From Trichlorobacter thiogenes (GTDB lineage: Bacteria > Desulfobacterota > Desulfuromonadia > Geobacterales > Pseudopelobacteraceae), in the NCBI RefSeq assembly GCF_900167465.1, contig NZ_FUWR01000013.1, positions 16,288 to 80,287 on the forward strand: DNA of 64,000 nt, in the 5' to 3' direction. Below, in pieces: positions 60,894 through 64,000 of the stretch (position 1 is the first letter of the stretch; every line of letters starts with the position of its first letter). The translations under genes were made by a program, and so were the position numbers. The notes under the pieces were generated by a model. It was not told the origin of the DNA. It did not search any database and worked only from the letters and a program-made list of their open reading frames with translations.

Positions 60894-62003
60894 TTAGGTG
60901 ATCGACAACAGCTCAAGAAGTGGATCAGATTCCTCCTGCCGGTCCTTCAACTGGTCACGAATAGCAACAAATTGCTGCAGGTTATCCAGAAAAAGCCGCA
61001 GCAGGTGAGGATCAAAGAAGATCCCCCTGCCCTCTTCCATAATGGTAAGGATTTTTTCAATCGGGAAGGCCTTCTTGTAGGGACGATCCGAGGCCAGTGC
61101 ATCAAAGACATCAGTTATCATCACGATCCGGGCAAAGATATGGATCTCCTCACCCTTCAAACCGGCAGGATAGCCGCTGCCATCCCATTTTTCATGGTGC
61201 TGCAACGCCACCGTGCAGCCAGCCTCAAGGGAGTGAAAACGCTCGCCTTCAGACAGTATCCGCCCGCCGATGGTGGTATGCAGCTTCATGATCTGCATCT
61301 CGGTCTCATCCAGTTTCCCCGGTTTAAGCAAGATCCGGTCCGGGATGCCGATCTTGCCCACATCGTGCAAAGGGGAGGCAAAGCGCAGCAGTTCAGCCTG
61401 CTCTTCCGGCAGACCGGCCAGCAATGCCAGGACCTTTGACATCTCGCTGATCCTGCGGGTATGCATACCGGTTTCCATATCCCTGAATTCAGAGGCACGG
61501 CCAAGGCGCAGACAGATCTCATATTCAGCCTCTTGAGACAGGGCCAGGGCATCCCGCAGGTCTGCAGTCTTTTTGGCCACTTCTGTCTCAAGGGTGGCAT
61601 TCATGTTACTGATAATATCGTGGTATTTTTTACTACGGACATGGTTCATGACCCGCAAACGCAGCTCATCGGGATTAAACGGTTTGGCCAGAAAATCGTT
61701 AGCCCCCAATCCCAGAACCCTGGTTACCTCCTGCTGATCGGCGGTCACCACAATTACCGGGATATGCATCAGGGTAAAGTTAAGCTTGATCCGCTGCAGG
61801 GCTTCAAAACCATCCATAACCGGCATCTGCAGATCAAGCAGCACAATATCTATACCAGGAGTGGATTCCAGTAGTGCAAGGGCTTCCTGACCGTTATTGG
61901 CGGTATAAATGGTGGCTGCCATATCTTCCAGCATTGCCTGGATTATCTGCAGGTTAAAATTGTCATCATCAACAGCCAGGATTTTCACATCGGCAAGCAT
62001 CAA
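60894..62003 (-). CDS. response regulator with HD-GYP c-di-GMP phosphodiesterase domain
   Basis: N-terminal REC (ILAVDDD...DLQMPVMDG). C-terminal HD...HHEKWDGSGYP. Confidence 0.85.
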   Translation of the reverse strand: MMLADVKILAVDDDNFNLQIIQAMLEDMAATIYTANNGQEALALLESTPGIDIVLLDLQMPVMDGFEALQRIKLNFTLMHIPVIVVTADQQEVTRVLGLGANDFLAKPFNPDELRLRVMNHVRSKKYHDIISNMNATLETEVAKKTADLRDALALSQEAEYEICLRLGRASEFRDMETGMHTRRISEMSKVLALLAGLPEEQAELLRFASPLHDVGKIGIPDRILLKPGKLDETEMQIMKLHTTIGGRILSEGERFHSLEAGCTVALQHHEKWDGSGYPAGLKGEEIHIFARIVMITDVFDALASDRPYKKAFPIEKILTIMEEGRGIFFDPHLLRLFLDNLQQFVAIRDQLKDRQEESDPLLELLSIT

Positions 62004-62230
62004 AACCTCCTGTACCTGATCAAGCGGCTGAAGTGACGACCGGATCGGAAGTACCGGCAGAATAACGACAGACGGGATGAGTAGTTAGAGGCGTCTATAC
62101 TAGCACCTTGCGCGATAGATGGAAATGAGGTGATTACCCTAGAGATGATAGTTGCGGGAAAAACAACAGGTTTGAAGCTCACGAGGAGGACAAACGGTTA
62201 GCGGCATTCCAAACCCAGGCCGCGCGACCA

Positions 62231-63376
62231 TTAACAAACGGACAAAGGCAACCTGATCAACACCTCAAGTCCACCTTCCGGCAGATTGCGGGCTGTCACG
62301 GTGCCACCATGGTGTTTGATGGTTCCGGCGGTGATGGCCAGCCCGATACCGGTTCCGCCACTTTGACGATCCCGTGCCTCAGCCACACGGAAAAAGGGTT
62401 TAAAGATCGCCGAAAGGGCTTCTTCCGGCACGCCTGGGCCATGATCCCGCACCCGCAGGCAGACCTCATCAGCCGTTTCTTGCTCCAGATGAACTTCCAC
62501 CACGGTGCCGGGAGCGGTATACCGTACGGCATTACGCACCACATTTTCCAGTGCTCGCCGCAGAAGTTCATAATTGCCTGTCAATGGCCGTACCGGCGTA
62601 GCCACCAGCTGCACCGTACGTCCACTGCCTGCTGCCTCAAAGTCAGCATCATCCACCACCTCTGCTGTCAGCGCTGCAAGATCCACCTGTCTCTTTTCCA
62701 GAGCCTTACTGCCACTTTCCAGCAACGTCAGTGTCAGCAGTTCGCTGATCATTTGATTCAAACGATCCGACTCCTGTTCGATCCGGTCAAAGGCAACAGC
62801 AGCAGAAGCAGGAGCCTCGCGACGAGCCAGCCCAAGCGCCACGTTGAGGCGGGCCAGGGGCGATCTCAGTTCATGGGAGATATCCCGCACCAGCTGTTTT
62901 TGGGCCGACATCAAAACCTCAAGCTGCTCAGCCATCCGGTCAAAATCCCGCCCCAGATCAGCTATCTCATCACCTTTGGCAGCTGCCCGAAAGCCAACCC
63001 GTGCCGTCAGATCACCTTGTGCAAGTTGCTGCGTGGCCCTGCGCAGACGCCGAATCGGTGCGGTCAACCGCCAGGCGAGCAGATAACAGGCCAGCCCACC
63101 CACCACAAAATAGATGACCAGTTGGGCTATGAGCGGAAAGCTGGGAAAGCCGTGTGGAGGTGGTTCAGGATGATGACCGGCAGGTGGTGGCAGAGGCGCT
63201 GGTTGCTGCATACCGGGCTGAGTTGGATCACCGGCCTGCGGTCCCTGATGAAACGAAACAGGGGGACGCGGATGGAATCCCGGTCTGGTCTTGATGGCAA
63301 CCAGAAAGAAGATGCCGCCGGACAACACCACGGTCAGCCAAAACCAGAAGAACAGCTTTACAAAAAGTGACCGCAT
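62231..63376 (-). CDS. envelope-stress-type sensor histidine kinase (CpxA/EnvZ-like) with Pro/His-rich periplasmic loop
   Basis: TM-loop-TM-HAMP, then SHELRSPLARL H-box and HATPase_c. The periplasmic loop is low-complexity. Confidence 0.8.
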   Translation of the reverse strand: MRSLFVKLFFWFWLTVVLSGGIFFLVAIKTRPGFHPRPPVSFHQGPQAGDPTQPGMQQPAPLPPPAGHHPEPPPHGFPSFPLIAQLVIYFVVGGLACYLLAWRLTAPIRRLRRATQQLAQGDLTARVGFRAAAKGDEIADLGRDFDRMAEQLEVLMSAQKQLVRDISHELRSPLARLNVALGLARREAPASAAVAFDRIEQESDRLNQMISELLTLTLLESGSKALEKRQVDLAALTAEVVDDADFEAAGSGRTVQLVATPVRPLTGNYELLRRALENVVRNAVRYTAPGTVVEVHLEQETADEVCLRVRDHGPGVPEEALSAIFKPFFRVAEARDRQSGGTGIGLAITAGTIKHHGGTVTARNLPEGGLEVLIRLPLSVC

Positions 63377-64000
63377 CAGAGTGACTCTGCCACTGTAGGA
63401 CGCAGATAGATATAGCCAACTCCCCGCACACTTTTAAGCCGCTCACTGCCGTCTTTGGCCGGCCCAAGTTTACGGCGCAGACTACTGATATGGACATCTA
63501 TGCTACGATCATAGGAATTAAGCTGCCGCCCCAGGGCCTGACTGCAAAGCTCTTCGCGGCTGACCACCCGCCCGGCCTGGGTCATCAAGACCTCCAGCAC
63601 CGAAAACTCTACTGAGGTTAGCGGCAGTTCCTGCCCCCCCTGCAATACTGCCCGACGACCTGGATCAAGGGTCAGATCCCCCACAGCCAGCACAGCTTCC
63701 GGCGCAGTTTCATTCTTCTGTTGCGTGGCTGACCGTCTCTGAATGGCACGGATACGGGCCACAAGCTCACGCGGGTTAAACGGCTTGGGCAGATAGTCAT
63801 CCGCCCCCAGCTCTAGCCCCACAATCCGGTCAACCTCTTCACCCCGTGCGGTCAGCATCACCACCGGCACCGCTGATCCGGCCCTTATTTTACGCAGTAC
63901 CTCAAACCCGTTCAGGCCGGGCAGCATCACATCAAGCACCACCAGATCATAGTTCTCGGTACAGGCACGGGTTGCCCCCAGAGCACCATCATGAACCGCC
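63376..64000 (-). CDS. OmpR/CpxR-family response regulator, 3-prime portion (start beyond right edge)
   Basis: REC remnant ...DVMLPGLNGFEVL... and a winged-helix C-terminus ...RSIDVHISSLRRKLG...GVGYIY. Stop overlaps the kinase start. Confidence 0.8.
   Translation of the reverse strand, partial: AVHDGALGATRACTENYDLVVLDVMLPGLNGFEVLRKIRAGSAVPVVMLTARGEEVDRIVGLELGADDYLPKPFNPRELVARIRAIQRRSATQQKNETAPEAVLAVGDLTLDPGRRAVLQGGQELPLTSVEFSVLEVLMTQAGRVVSREELCSQALGRQLNSYDRSIDVHISSLRRKLGPAKDGSERLKSVRGVGYIYLRPTVAESL

Noticed and set aside
62309-63370. 353-aa plus-strand ORF antisense to the CpxA-like kinase
   Set aside because: Shadow ORF. The kinase frame has clear H-box/HATPase motifs.

Overview
The window is a roughly 60% GC chromosomal segment that looks Geobacter/Desulfuromonadales-like (inference from gene content). 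It is densely packed, mostly with minus-strand genes.

Core content:
- Partial phosphohexomutase at the left edge.
- A PxxKW-type Cys-rich small protein and a NUDIX hydrolase.
- A TolC / MqnA-like / GGDEF-EAL operon.
- gcvH-accC-accB, pepP, and an aroQ...aroB-aroK-aroC shikimate cluster.
- A Ser/Thr signalling module: CHASE2 kinase, PP2C phosphatase and a convergent FHA protein, with a vapBC toxin-antitoxin pair sitting between kinase and phosphatase.
- yfbR, flotillin, mntH, a dGTPase, yyaL, and a NarL/NarX-like two-component system.
- A cytoplasmic [NiFe]-hydrogenase cluster (maturation protease, ferredoxin, large and small subunits, two V4R-like proteins) with a soluble MCP overlapping its downstream end.
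- A five-gene operon: HD-GYP response regulator, substrate-binding protein and three giant hybrid histidine kinases.
- A CpxAR-like pair at the right edge.

The stand-out region is about 23.4-30.7 kb. It is AT-poorer and compositionally mosaic, with hipBA followed by four same-strand ORFs:
- a SEC-C/possible PD-(D/E)xK protein;
- a putative Abi-like membrane protein;
- a small membrane protein;
- a GNAT acetyltransferase.

Each ORF is followed at its 3-prime end by a copy of a 55-72 bp CAACGG...GTTGG(G/A)A imperfect-palindromic repeat, and stem changes between copies are compensatory. This ORF-plus-structured-repeat layout resembles an integron gene-cassette array (attC-like sites) with no integrase in the window. 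It is bounded on one side by a perfect 34-bp palindrome.

Other notable items:
- ~73-aa tandem repeats inside the flotillin gene.
- An inverted array of CACAGAG heptamers.
- An orphan plus-strand intrinsic terminator.
- A near-consensus sigma70 promoter giving an apparently leaderless FHA mRNA.
- Paralogous kinase cores fused to different sensor domains.

No rRNA, tRNA, CRISPR array or transposase was seen. Most ORF-track entries antisense to the large genes are rejected as spurious.
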